Shown here: positions 40,217 to 52,322 of the stretch, one piece after another
Position numbering within the stretch: the stretch's first letter is position 1
How the letters are laid out: every line of letters begins with the position of its first letter
DNA from: Eledone cirrhosa
Lineage: Eukaryota
Direction of reading: 5' to 3'
NCBI GenBank assembly: GCA_964016885.1
Contig: OZ024748.1
Coordinates: 14,570,001-14,634,000 of the forward strand
Length of the DNA: 64,000 nt
Program-made: the position numbers and the translations under genes
Notes under the pieces: model-generated
What the model was told of the DNA's origin: nothing
What the model saw: the letters and a program-made list of their open reading frames with translations, nothing else
Database searches by the model: none

Positions 40217-40892
40217 TTTAGTGGAACAATTCTTCCATGTCGCCCAAGACAAGTTATATCCCTTTCCTGGTATCCAATGTAATGATGTAATCTTTGTTTA
40301 TGAACTGAATTTTTAGTGTAAATCTCCGTACATTTCCTCCACGGTCCTATGTTTAATATAAAAGAATCGATGCATTTTGGACAAGGTCTCATCTCCGAAA
40401 GAACAGGACAGGGATGACCACCACCAAAAGGGGGAACTACTACTGTTCGCGTTCTTGTTTTGTTGATGAAAGCACAAGACTCGCACGAACTCCATATTGA
40501 ATATTCTGAAACTATACAATCCTGCGGGCAAGAGAGATGGCACTTCCGTTCCGTGACAGGTTTACTAAAAAAGAAACTACACACATCATCGTCCATCATA
40601 TGTCTGGACTCCACCGATATACAGGTAACAGATCGGTTCTGTTCGCCTGATTGCTTTTTACAATCTGTTGTTGACGAAAATGATTGACATTTTCCCCAGG
40701 GGCCAAATTCCCAGATGAAGTTATTTTTATGATGACTGCAAGGTTTAAAACATTCTCGATATGATGCCGGTTTGCGGACGTTATAGCATCTGTTTCTATC
40801 CACTGTTTCTCCGTGTACCCCAATACATTTCAAATCCCGCGTTTTTGTCCCACCATTGCCACACCTATTATATTCACAGGTGCTCCATTCAC
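40217..40892 (-). CDS. THSD7: Internal coding exon of a THSD7A/THSD7B-like thrombospondin type-1 repeat protein (N-terminal TSRs)
   Basis: Translation GEWSTCEYNRCGNGGTKTRDLKC...CFKPC...WEFGPWGKC...CPQDCIVSEYSIWSSC...TRTRTVVVPPFGGGHPCPVLSEMRPC...IGYQERDITC shows alternating THSD7-type TSR domains. The acceptor is poly-T gtag|GT at 40892 (phase 1), the donor is AA|gtaagt at 40217 (phase 2), and the exon is 676 nt with no stops. Confidence 0.92.
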
Positions 40893-42757
40893 CTACAAAA
40901 AAAAAAAAAAATAACATTAATAATGATAATAATAATAGCAGTTTCTTATTTAGGCACAAGGCCAACAATTCTTAGGAAGAGGAAAGTCAATTGAATTACT
41001 GGAATTTTATTTTATCAATCCCATAGGGATGAAAGGAAAGCTAGTCTCATAGCTACAAATACTACTACTCCTACTACTATTACTAATAATAATAATAATG
41101 ATGATGATAATAATAATAAATAGAAACAACAACAGCAAAAACAACACTGCACATAATCAAAGGTGCACTGGCAGAGCTTGGTAATGCAGTGATAGCATGC
41201 AATGTTAGTAAAACTGCAGATGAAAATAATAGTATCAACAACGATAATAATAATAAACATTGAAACAGCATTGATGCTGTAATAGAATACACTCAGTACA
41301 CTCTAATGAGTTTGTTGTTCAAATGGAGACAATATAGGGGAGAAGAGAGGACTCTTCAGTCTGGCCATGCATGTGATAACTCTTTGAGTACTAGTGCTGC
41401 CACCGTTGCTGCCACTACCACCACCATCATTGCCACTCTATTTCTCTCTCTTTGTCAAACATTCACTGTTACTACACCCTTAACACTACTGTGTCAGCCT
41501 TTTTCCACCAAAGATGCAACAGCAAAAATACAATAATTAGATTTTTTCTCTATATCTCCCTCTCTCTCCATTTCTCTTTACCCCCCCCCCCTCTGTCTCT
41601 CCTCAATCTATGAATCATTTAAATTTAATACACAATAGAACTGCACTGAAAACCCCTTCCTTTATTTGCCAATTGACAAAGGTGCTTTTGAAACCCTTCC
41701 AGCCATAGCAGCATGAAAATTATTTAAAGACAAAGAAAGCTATTTGGTAACAAGTATGAAACCTTGCAGGTGTTACACTGATGTTTGCAGAGGTTTTTAT
41801 ATTGATTATATATTGATGATTATGATGGTGTTGGTGATGGTATTGATGGTGATGATGATAATGCCAAAATCGCTATGTAAAAGATATAACACTGTGACCT
41901 CAACTAGAGGACACCATGACCCCAACTAGATGACCTAGTGGCCTCAACTAGGTAACATTGTAATCTTAACTAGGTGCCAGGATGAACTTAACAAGATGAC
42001 CTTGTGACCCCAACAAAATGATATCATGACCTCTACTAAAGGACACTGACATCAAGTAAAGGATATTGTGACCTTAATTGGCCCTTAAGACTGATTCTGT
42101 TAAGTCAGAAATGCTTTTACACAGAATACAATAAATTTAAAACAATTAGCATTCTGTAGTTGATAAATTAACTCTTTCATTACCACATTTCTAATGAAAG
42201 ACACTGTATAATTTTTAAATAATTTTGAAAATAATCAAGAATTTGTAGAGATTTAGTACTATAACTGACACTCTTATTAAGATGTTGCTTAGAAGATATA
42301 AAAATGTTCTTAAATAAAATTAGGATGCAAGTATTTTAAATAAGCATAAACATGTGTTTTCAGTTTAGAGTATATACACTGAATCCTTGTATGTCATAAG
42401 AAATGACTAAAAGTGTTGATGTCAGGTAGTGCATCCAACTGTAAAACATTATCTAAAAAAGCCAGCTTATGCCAGCAAAGAAAAGTCAATGTAAAAATGA
42501 TGATGATAAATACTTTAAAATAAACAATTTTCTGTCATAAAACCAGGGTCAGTTTCAGGTTGAGTTAATAACCAAGTAGAACTGGTTTACTACTGAAGAA
42601 GGTTTAGGGTAAACACTGTATATTTGCTTCCTACTTGGCCTCAGGGAGAACTTAATATTTACATTAGTAAAGCTACAATAAATATAATGTTGTCAATAGT
42701 TCATATAAAAGTATGTGTGTATGTATGTGTATGTATATATATATATATATATATATA

Positions 42758-42798
<41 letters not shown>

Positions 42799-42871
42799 AT
42801 AATAATAAAATTGAAGACTAAAGTGTGAAAGCAGCGATTCTTTGCTTAAACTTTAATCTGTTATTTAATAA

Positions 42872-42904
<33 letters not shown>

Positions 42905-42953
42905 TTTATATATATATATTCATACACACATACACACATGTATATAAAAACAC

Positions 42954-43006
<53 letters not shown>

Positions 43007-43237
43007 GTGACAAAATGTAACAGCCTGCATGAATCATTCATATAAAATATAATGTAATGGTTTCATTTACTGATTCAGTCAGAATGTGTGAATTAATTAG
43101 TGAAACTGAAACAGAGATAAATGGAAAGAGAAAGTGTTAGTGTGCTTTCTTCCATGTATATGTGTTTGTGTGTACATGTCCTTGCTGCCATTTGTGTGCT
43201 TTTATTCATATTATTATTATTATTATTATTATTATTA

Positions 43238-43521
43238 AAGGTGGAAAATTAAAGGTGGAAAACTGGGAGAGGGCACTTGCCTTGGTGGTCAGGGTCACTG
43301 TGGCCTTTTACTGGGCTTTCTCCACAAATGTCCCTCCGAAGTTTCCCCCCTACTAACGAATTTTTCATTGTTATTTTTTTGTTACATCCTCTGTTTTTGT
43401 TTTTTACACGCAGAAATGCCCATTTGTACCGTACTGTATTGTCCTGCACTGTCTTTAATGTCTACTTTATGTAAACCCTTGTGGTTAATAAAGAAATCAT
43501 TATTATTATTATTATTATTAT
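43238..43521 (+). mobile_element. LINE-like 3' end with AATAAA and (tta)n tail; related ends at 26190-26350 (+) and 4810-5100 (-)
   Basis: ctgtctttaatgt...aacc(c/t)tgtgg.taataaa.aaatcat shared with 26281-26335; (tta)n on both flanks. Confidence 0.5.
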
Positions 43522-46253
43522 TGGGCAGTGGATTGGCAGTATCAGTAGAGCATTGGACACCCTGCTTCGTGACATAGAGTTACAGTCCTTTATGTTCCGA
43601 GTTCAAATCCTGCTGAGGTTAACTTTGCCTTTCATCCTTAAGAGGTTGATAAAATAAAGTACCAGTAATGCATTGGTGTCGATTTAATCTATTTTCCCTC
43701 CCACCAAATATTTGGCCTTGTGCCTATAGGATAAATCATCATTAACCTCTTGTTAATGCCACTGGCTGTTATTAGCTCCCCCTTTTTTCTATGTTGTAAC
43801 AGAAGCTTCACTAATATGAAGACACTCTTGACATCTCTCTCTTTGTTTCTCTGTCTTTCTCTCCTGCTCTCTTTGTCTCTCCTTCTCTCTCTGTCTCCAT
43901 CTGTCTGTATTCTCTCCAACTCTATCTGTCTCTCTTTCACACACACACACTCACTCACTTCCAGTCTCATTGACAGCCTCTCTCTCATACCCTGTCTGTC
44001 TGTCTCTCACACTATTTATCTGTCACCCTCTTCTCTAATATAAGGAGACTTCTAACATCTCTCTATATCTCTCTCTCTCACTCTTTGTCTGTAGTTATTT
44101 TAAGTCTTAATGTCCATCACCATTATCATTTTGACTTTGCCTTTCATCCTTACAGGCTCGATAAAATAAAGTACCAGTAATGCACTGGGTAATTGCTGGC
44201 CTTGTGCCTAAAGTAGAAACAATTATCATTTTATAGCTTTTTACATCCATAATATATTTCTACACTATTCAGAGCAGACTCAAATATGGCTGTTATACAT
44301 ATCTAAAATACCACCTTCATCATCATGTTTCTAGCTTTTTCTACCCCCATCTCCATCACCATCATCAATTTTCTAGCTTTCCACATCTTCAGAGACCTGA
44401 ATGCTTACAACAGAGTGGTAGACTGTTTTGCTAAATGCACTCAAGAGCTAAATGATAATGTTTAACTGTCTACTAATTTGGACCAGGTGATGGTGTTAAA
44501 CTGAGTGACAAATAGTGACAAATTAAGTTTAATACACAAGAACCAGATGCTGATGTTAAATTGAGCAACAAATTAAGTCTAACATCCAAGAACTGGATGT
44601 TGATGTTCAACTTAGCTGGTTGATATAATTTGTCACTGAGGACAGGGTGGTGGTGTCAAATTGAGTAACATGTCTAGCACTCAAGTAGGCCATGGTGGCA
44701 TTTGAACTAAGGTTTTAAAGAGCCAGAAAGAAAATGCCATGAGTTATTTAGTCTGATGCTCTAACCTAAAAATCTCTAGATTGTGTTTTCTAAATTATAA
44801 AAAATAATCTAGATTGTGGCACTAAATAACAGCGACAATATAATGTTTTTGTTCACTATCCATAACTACTTTACTTTACCAAGATTCTATTTTATGTAAC
44901 TTCACAAAAGAATACGCACAAAGAAAAAACGAAACTAAGAGAAAACATGTAATAAATAACAATTCCAAAGTGTCAAAGATTAACTACAGAGATGGTTATT
45001 GAGTGAAGTTAAGTAGTTTTAAAAAATATTATAACTATGTAACCCTTTCTCTTATAAGATGTAACGACAGGAAAAACAACGACGACAACAGCAAAAACAA
45101 AAACAGTAAAAACATCAACAACAACAACAACAGCAGTAACAACAGTGCCAACGAAAAAAACATCAACAGTAACAACAACAGCAGCAGCAAAAAACAAAGA
45201 TTGGACAAAAACAAATTACAGCAGCTGTAAAGCTTGCAATGATAGATATTGGGTGACCTTGCTTATCTTTGAGTAATTTTGCTCTGTTGATGGTTAATGT
45301 CTTACAAAATTATTCATAAAGTTGAAATTACACAATGTGGAAATTGGGGTGAAAAAAAAAAATCAATAATAATTTTTTTTATTTTATTTTAAAGTCCATC
45401 ACTGAATTGTTGATAGTTAACTAATGTGTGTGTGCATCTGAGAGAGAGAAGGAGGAAGAAATAAACTAATGGCTCACAAAGAATCTCTCACAAAGTGGGC
45501 TGACTCAACATTGATTACATCTAAATAAATTTCAAATAATTATTACATTTACATAGAAAACTGATTTTGTATACAACAAATTACAGGATTTAAAGTTGAT
45601 TTTTTTTTTTCGTTGTTTTTCGTTATTTTGTTGTTGTTTTTCCTTATAAATTGACGTGGATATCAGTGTTAGTCGAAAGAATAGTAATAAACTTAACATT
45701 GAATATTCAAACAGATGCTGCCTAAAGACACAGACATGCTGACGATTTACCACACTACCTTACTCTCAATTGAGAAGGTGATATGTATGTGGCTTAATGG
45801 TTAGAGTGTTGGGTTCACAATTGTAATCCATAGAAAATTTGCAAACAACAGGTTTAGAAGTCACTTCATGACAGCTTACCTAGTGCTGTTTGGATGATAA
45901 AATGCACCCAATACACTCCGTAAAGCAGTTTGTGAATGGAAACAATGGAGGGTTTGAGAGGACTCTTTAGTTTGGGTAAGCATAAGACAACTTTTCTAGT
46001 TTTGGTGTCACAATAAAATACACTAAGTACACAGTGTAAAGTGTTAGTGCTGCTGACATGATAACATGTGCATTGGCTGGCATTCTAAAAGGCATCCAGA
46101 CATAAAGTTAGGCACAATATGGGCAAGCTGAAGTTATTACAGCCGATCTTTTCTGCCTTTATTTTAGTTCAAATCCCAGTGAGGTTAACTTTGTTATTCA
46201 GCCATCCAAGGTCGATTAAATAAAGTACTATTCAAGAACTGAGGCTGATTTAA

Positions 46254-46465
46254 CCCTTTAGCATTTACATTTCTCTATATATATATACGATCATATGTTC
46301 ATGGTAAAGGCTTTATCTCACATAATATTGAATCTATGAGATTTTGATATTATTTATTTTGAGAACAATACCTTAATGTCGGTATGAGTGGCAAATTACA
46401 GCCAGTTTGAACAGAATGAGTTGAGAGAATTCTGGCATGATACAGCTGGTTTAAATGCTAAAGGG
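46254..46465. mobile_element. piggyBac-type MITE
   Basis: TTAA|CCCTTTAGCATTTA ... TAAATGCTAAAGGG|TTAA: 14-bp TIR and TTAA TSD. Confidence 0.85.
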
Positions 46466-46770
46466 TTAAAGGAACTTCCACATCACCAATACCCCCACAA
46501 ATATACACAGAAAATGCTATTATTACACAGAAAATGCTATTATTACATGACAAATAATTGTTTCTACTTTAGGCATAAGGCCAGCAATTACCCAGTGAAT
46601 TACTGGTACTTTATTTTATCGACCCCGTAAGGATGAAAGGCAAAGTCAACCTCGGCGGGATTTGAACTCAGATCGTAAAGGGACGTAACTATGCTGGAAA
46701 GCATGGCGTCCGACCCTCTACCGATACTGCCAATTAGATTTTAGAAACTAAATATTTGTCTTTTATTATT

Positions 46771-47258
46771 CTAAGACAATGTCACTGGACCGAGATCTTT
46801 GGCACTATGCAGTAATACAGAAGACCCGCCTTGCCTATGTACAAAGCGAAACCTACAGTCAGTAGGCACCTCTTAACCAAATATACACCCCAATCCACTA
46901 CCCCTACCCTATCCTCCCACTCCCACCAACACCACCCTCTCTCTGTAAAGTTGGTACCACAACATCCAGTCCAAATAAATGAGATAATGAGATCGAGATT
47001 GTGTAGGTGTCAAGAGAAAAAAAACACACAGTCCACGCTGTAATGTGGTCGTGTAGGTAACACGGTAAAAAATTCCCAGTTCCACACTGTAAATGTGGTT
47101 GGTGTTAAGAAGGGCATCCAGCCATAGAAAACCCGCCAGATAGTCCTATATGAGCGAGACACGGTCACCAGACCAGCCTTGTCTCAAGTGGGACAACTCC
47201 CGTCTAACCCATGCTAGCGTGGAAAGAGGATGTTAAACGAAGATGATGATGATGATGA
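46771..47258 (+). mobile_element. Second copy of the RTE/SINE-module composite
   Basis: Near-identical reverse complement of 56650-57125. Confidence 0.75.
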
Positions 47259-47379
47259 TATTCAGCTGCAAGTTAGTTATTTCACTAAACCTTTCATAAT
47301 TGCTGATTATTTTGATAATTAAAACATGAAGGAAGAATACTCTTGTTAGAAATATAGTTACAAAAGAAGTAAAGAATTT

Positions 47380-47957
47380 GACACACAGATTCCTATGTAT
47401 GCAAACACAACATATATATACATATACACACACACAATAGATAAACATTTACACAGAATACATAAACATACACACACACAGACAATACATACAGGCACAT
47501 ACATTAAAGCCAAACTATGAGAACTGTTAGATTTTTAAAAAGGAAATTTCAAAACATTTAACACAGATATCAGTGCATGCACACACATATATATATATAT
47601 ACACACATACACACACAGACAATACATACACACACAATGCATACATACACACACAGACAATACATACACACACAATTCATACAGACACATACAGACAATA
47701 CATACATACAAGCACATACAATAAAACCAAACTATGAGAACTATTAAATTTTTAAAAAGGAAATTTCAAAGAATTTGACACACTGATGCCAGTGAATGCA
47801 CACACAAACAATACATATGCACACAATGCATAGAGACACACACAAACAATACATATGCACACAATGCATAGAGACGCATACAGACAATACATACATACAA
47901 GCACATACAATAAAAACAAACTATGAGTACTGTTAGATTTTTAAAAAGGAAATTTCT
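47380..47957. repeat. Tandem triplication of a ~200-bp unit
   Basis: aaactatgagaactgttagatttttaaaaaggaaatttc recurs near 47512, 47729 and 47918. Confidence 0.8.
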
Positions 47958-49014
47958 CTGAGCTGAGAAGCTTTTTGTGTGTAAGACAAGACAACAAATA
48001 CATCACCTCTTAACTTATTTATCTAAATTTATGTCATTGATCCACTTGAGTTATGTACCTTAGGTAATTTTATATATTTTAAAAAAATTTATTATCTGAT
48101 AGTCTCTTCTTTTATCGTTAACAGTCAATGTTTATTTTATAAATGTTTATTAGTTTATCAACAAAATAAGTGTTAATTACTATTATATTTCATCTCTGGT
48201 AGGAAAGAGATAAGATAAACTTTACACTAAAAAGGACATTAAAAGGGTTAAAGTTGACACTAGTTTTGCTGATAGCAAATAATTCTTTTGGTTGCTTTTA
48301 TCTTGAAAATTTGCCATACAAAAGATGAAGAGCAATCTTCTTTAGATTCTAACTAAACTTTAACCTTTTCTCATCAATTGCTGGACACGAAACATTGTTA
48401 ATGACAGAGATTTTCAGATACAGAGACCCACACACACCTTGATGCAAAATAAAACTTCTTTTGAAGAAATATTCAGTATATTATATTCCAAGAAACTGGG
48501 AAACTCTTGAAGAAATTTATAAATTCTTTCATCTATTCTCTTGAAATCTATCAAAACTTAGTTCTTTTAGTGTTCCTCCTGGCTGCTAATGAGAGTGTTT
48601 CTCTTGAAGAGAACCACTTTAATAGAACCAGACAGAAATCAATCTAGTACAATTCTTTGTAGCTCATAATTAAAAGTTTAGTTGTAGCTTTTATTTACAA
48701 GAACAAATAGCCGGGCTTTTTCTTTTAAAATGCTTTGCATATAAACTTGTGAAAGGGGTATAGTCCAGTGGTTAGGAAGTTGGATTTATTATCTTAAGGT
48801 TGTGGGTTCGAATCCTGAGGGGGGCATTTTTTGTTCTTGAACAAATTGTTTTATTTCACATTAATTTTCAAGATAGAAATGAAAGCAGCCCCTATCATTA
48901 ATACCTCCTATGAAATGCAACCTCAGTGTAAATCAGTTAAACCTACATGGATATGAACTGAAACAGCAATAACAAGACACACACACATTCTCTCACACAA
49001 ACAAACACATACAG

Positions 49015-49058
<44 letters not shown>

Positions 49059-49060
<2 letters not shown>

Positions 49061-49274
49061 CGAAGGAAATGTGGTAAGGAACCAGGTGGACCATAACGCA
49101 CCAAAGTACTCAATACTTGGGGTAGTAGAGTGGGTAATAGGAACCAGTAAGACCCCGATGGCTGAGCTCAAGCCGTTTCGACGGCTAATTCTGGACTAGA
49201 ATTCTGGACTAGAATTCGTCCAGAATTAGCCGTCGAAACGGCTTGAGCTCAGCCGTCGGGGTCTTACTGGTTCC

Positions 49275-49277
<3 letters not shown>
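49059..49277. mobile_element. Non-coding hairpin element family A (60-bp inverted repeat plus unique tail) in (AT)n
   Basis: Arms 49137-49196 and 49218-49277 have one G-T mismatch; tail 49059-49136; homologous to 17817-18006 and 18508-18602. Confidence 0.85.
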
Positions 49278-49309
<32 letters not shown>

Positions 49310-49630
49310 CTATATATATATATACACATGTTTTATATATATATATATACATATGTATATTATCATCATCACTGTTTAACATCCGTTTTTCCATACTAGC
49401 ATGGTTTAGACAACTTGTCTCTTGTGAGACAAGTCAAGTGAGATGACCACCTCTTGCTCATACATAATTAATTTCGGTTTGGTTTCTAGTGTTGGATGCC
49501 CTTTCTAACACGAACCACATTTACTGTGTGTGCTGGGTGCTTTTTGTCATGAAAAATACACAATACTTTAAATTGTGGGCTGGGTGCTTTTGTCATGATA
49601 CATAAATGATAGCTCTACAGTGTGGGCTGG

Positions 49631-49728
<98 letters not shown>

Positions 49729-50522
49729 CCAGCCCACAGAGTGCATCAAGAGGCAAGATATCTCAGTGTGGTTATGAAAGCAAAGGAGATATCATTCCCT
49801 CTGTTAACATGGATTGTGTGTGTATGTATGTATGTATGTATGTGTATATATATGTATGTGTGTGTGTATATGAAAGTGAGTATATGTATGTGAAAGTGTG
49901 TGATAGTCAAGAAGGCAATATATCTCAGTGTGAATATGAGAACAGAGGTGACATTGCATTGTATGTGAGTATGTGAGTATGAATGCATGTATATGAATGT
50001 GCGGATATGGGAACTAAGGAGATCTAAGATGTTATTGGAGAGATCATATCTTCCAGGTAGTTTCAGCACTTTAGATATGTTTCAGGTGAGGATGGGGGGG
50101 AAGGTGGTGGAAATATATCAGTTGATAAACTAAATAGATTCTTCTCATTCTTCAAGGATGAGTGACATAGCTGCCAGCAAAGACGAGGAGGGATATATAT
50201 ATATGTATATATATATATATTATTTCACATTGCTCCAGTTTACTCAGCTGTAGAAATTAGATGATAGGACTGGGGTCCCTATCATTCCACTGCAAAGTGG
50301 TCAAGGAGGTGCCACGGCAAAAAAGCACCCAGCCCACACTGTAAAGGGGACGTGTAGGCGCCACGGGAAAAAAAGCACCCAGCACTCACTGTAAATAAGG
50401 TTGGTGTTAGGAAGGGCATCCAGCTGTAGAAATCAAGCCAGAAACAGTTCCCGTCTCACCCTTGAAAGCATGGAAAAGCGGACGTAAAATGATGATGATG
50501 ATGATGACATATATGAAATATG

Positions 50523-50707
50523 AAAAGATTCAGGACCCCGATGTCTGAGCTCTGGCCGTTTCGAAAGCTAGATCTGGATCTAGCTATCGAAATGGTCGGA
50601 GCTCAGCCATTGGGGTCCTGAATCTTTTGATACTACCCACTCCTTGACCCAAGTATCGAGTACTCTGGTGGGTTATGGTCCATCAGGTTTTTACCACAAC
50701 CAATCTG
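50523..50707 (+). mobile_element. Hairpin element family B (relative of family A)
   Basis: Arms 50523-50574 and 50577-50628. Shares gaccccgatg.ctgagctc..gccgtttcga and the tail motifs tacccactc...caagtat.gagtact.tggtg.gttatggtcca...ttaccaca with family A. Ends in (AT)n. Confidence 0.8.
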
Positions 50708-50720
50708 ATATATATATATA

Positions 50721-51900
50721 TCTATATATAAAGTTGTAGTTTCTGTCTGTTTGTTTGTTTGTTCATGAACTCCTCCTATGGTTTTGGAGATACACCCCTA
50801 TCATCACCGTTTTACGTCCGTTCTTCCATGCTAGCATGGGTTAGATGGGTTGTCCTGTTGTGGGCAGTGTCTGGTCAGATGAGCTTGTCTTCCTCATATG
50901 GGAACTGATTCTTACTTGATTTCTACAGCTGGATGCCCTTCCTAACACCAACCACATTTACATATATATTCTGAAACTACATTACACAGGGTACTTGGAT
51001 AAGTATATTTCATTTTATGGTGGCACAAACCCCGGCTGAAAATCTTTTCTTCGATTGATATGAAATTTAAACCATAAATAAATGACAAGATATGATGCCT
51101 ATTCACAAAATTTTAGCAAATTTCAATAATATTAAGACAATCTAATGGAGATTAACCCCCCTATAGTGAAAATTTTGGCCAATAAATGGAACATGATGTG
51201 TTGTAACAAGATTGCATGAGAACTTGATTGAAGCAACCATTATATTCTGGGCTTACAAATGTCAAGTTCTTATCATTCCAAGGATTCCACTTATACCAAG
51301 TGATAGCGAGTTGCCTTTTACATTTAAGAGGCTGCAGTTTCCAGTAAGGCCATGCTTTGCCATGAGCTTCAATAAGATTCAAGGTCAAACTTTCAAAACT
51401 ATTGGTATAGATCTGACAAACCCATGTTTCAGTCACGGCATGTTTTATGTGGCTGTTTCAAGGATTGGAACTTCAAAAAATCTCTACATTTTAGCCAATC
51501 AAAGAAAGACAAGAAATGTTGTTTATCCTGAAGTTCTTCATTAGGATAAAGTATGAAATATATTTTCATGTATTTATTATGTTAAAAAATAAATAATTAA
51601 ACTTTGAATTTCTAATTTAAAAATAATGCTTTACACAAATATGAAATGATCAAGTTTTGAATTGATATTTTGAAAAAAATTATTTACAAGAAACAAAATA
51701 AGAATAAGATTTAATAATGTAATTTTGATTTGATATATTACAAAATATGTTTTCCAATTTTTCATGCATTACATTTTACATTGAGTAATATTGAAATGCA
51801 GAGTTTTTCTCCATAAATTATATCACTGATTTAAAATCAATCATTATTTTCTTACAAACAAAATGTGTGAAACGCAGCAAGGTGTGGGTAATTCGGCTAG
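50721..51900 (+). mobile_element. Internally deleted non-autonomous Helitron
   Basis: 5' end A|TCTATATATAAAG followed by (tgtt)n; 3' end a degenerate GC hairpin and CTAG|T at 51897-51901; PIF1 helicase C-terminal fragment inside; SINE piece inserted at ~50798-50961. Confidence 0.85.
51185..51544 (+). pseudogene. Helitron PIF1-family helicase C-terminal fragment
   Basis: NGT*...NLIEATI...IPRIPLIPSDSELPFTFKRLQFPVRPCFAMSFNKIQGQT...FSHGMFYVAVSR...TRNVVYPEVL; in-frame stop at 51194. Confidence 0.9.
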
Positions 51901-51929
<29 letters not shown>

Positions 51930-51931
<2 letters not shown>

Positions 51932-51990
51932 TACATACTCGAATATAAGCTGACCCCCAATATAAGCCAACCCCCATTTTATGTCTCAGA
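51930..51990 (+). mobile_element. Tc1/mariner (Tc2/pogo-like) terminal fragment
   Basis: atactcgaatataagctga...aatataagcc resembles Tc2-type termini next to TA; second end not found. Confidence 0.4.
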
Positions 51991-52105
51991 AATAGGCAAA
52001 AATCTAAACCCCATTTATGTGCTGAGTTACGTAGGTTATCAATACATTATGTTTAGATGATGCAGATTTGAAATTTGCATGAAGTTTAAATATTTTGATA
52101 TTTAA

Positions 52106-52322
52106 CCCTTTTGCATTTAAACTAGCCCTATTCGACCAGAATTCTCTCACCCCTTTCTGATCAAACCAGCCGTGACTGGACACTCATACTGATGTTAAGA
52201 TACTGTTCTCAAAATAAATAACATCAAAATCTCATAGATTCAATATTATGTGAGACATGTGAAATAAAGCCTTTACCACAAAAATACAATAGTATATATA
52301 GAGTAATGTAAATGCTAAAGGG
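52106..52322. mobile_element. piggyBac-type MITE, same family in opposite orientation; partial copy at 60005-60120
   Basis: TTAA|cccttttgcattta ... taaatgctaaaggg|TTAA; interior homologous to 46254-46465. Confidence 0.85.

Noticed and set aside
40893-40968. Hydrophobic 'signal peptide' at the start of ORF 40213-40968
   Set aside because: It is the SINE tail and poly-T tract upstream of the splice acceptor.
44870-45770. Candidate first exon or promoter of the THSD7-like gene
   Set aside because: No open signal-peptide frame ending at a phase-1 donor was found; the short AP-1/CRE-like motifs are expected by chance.
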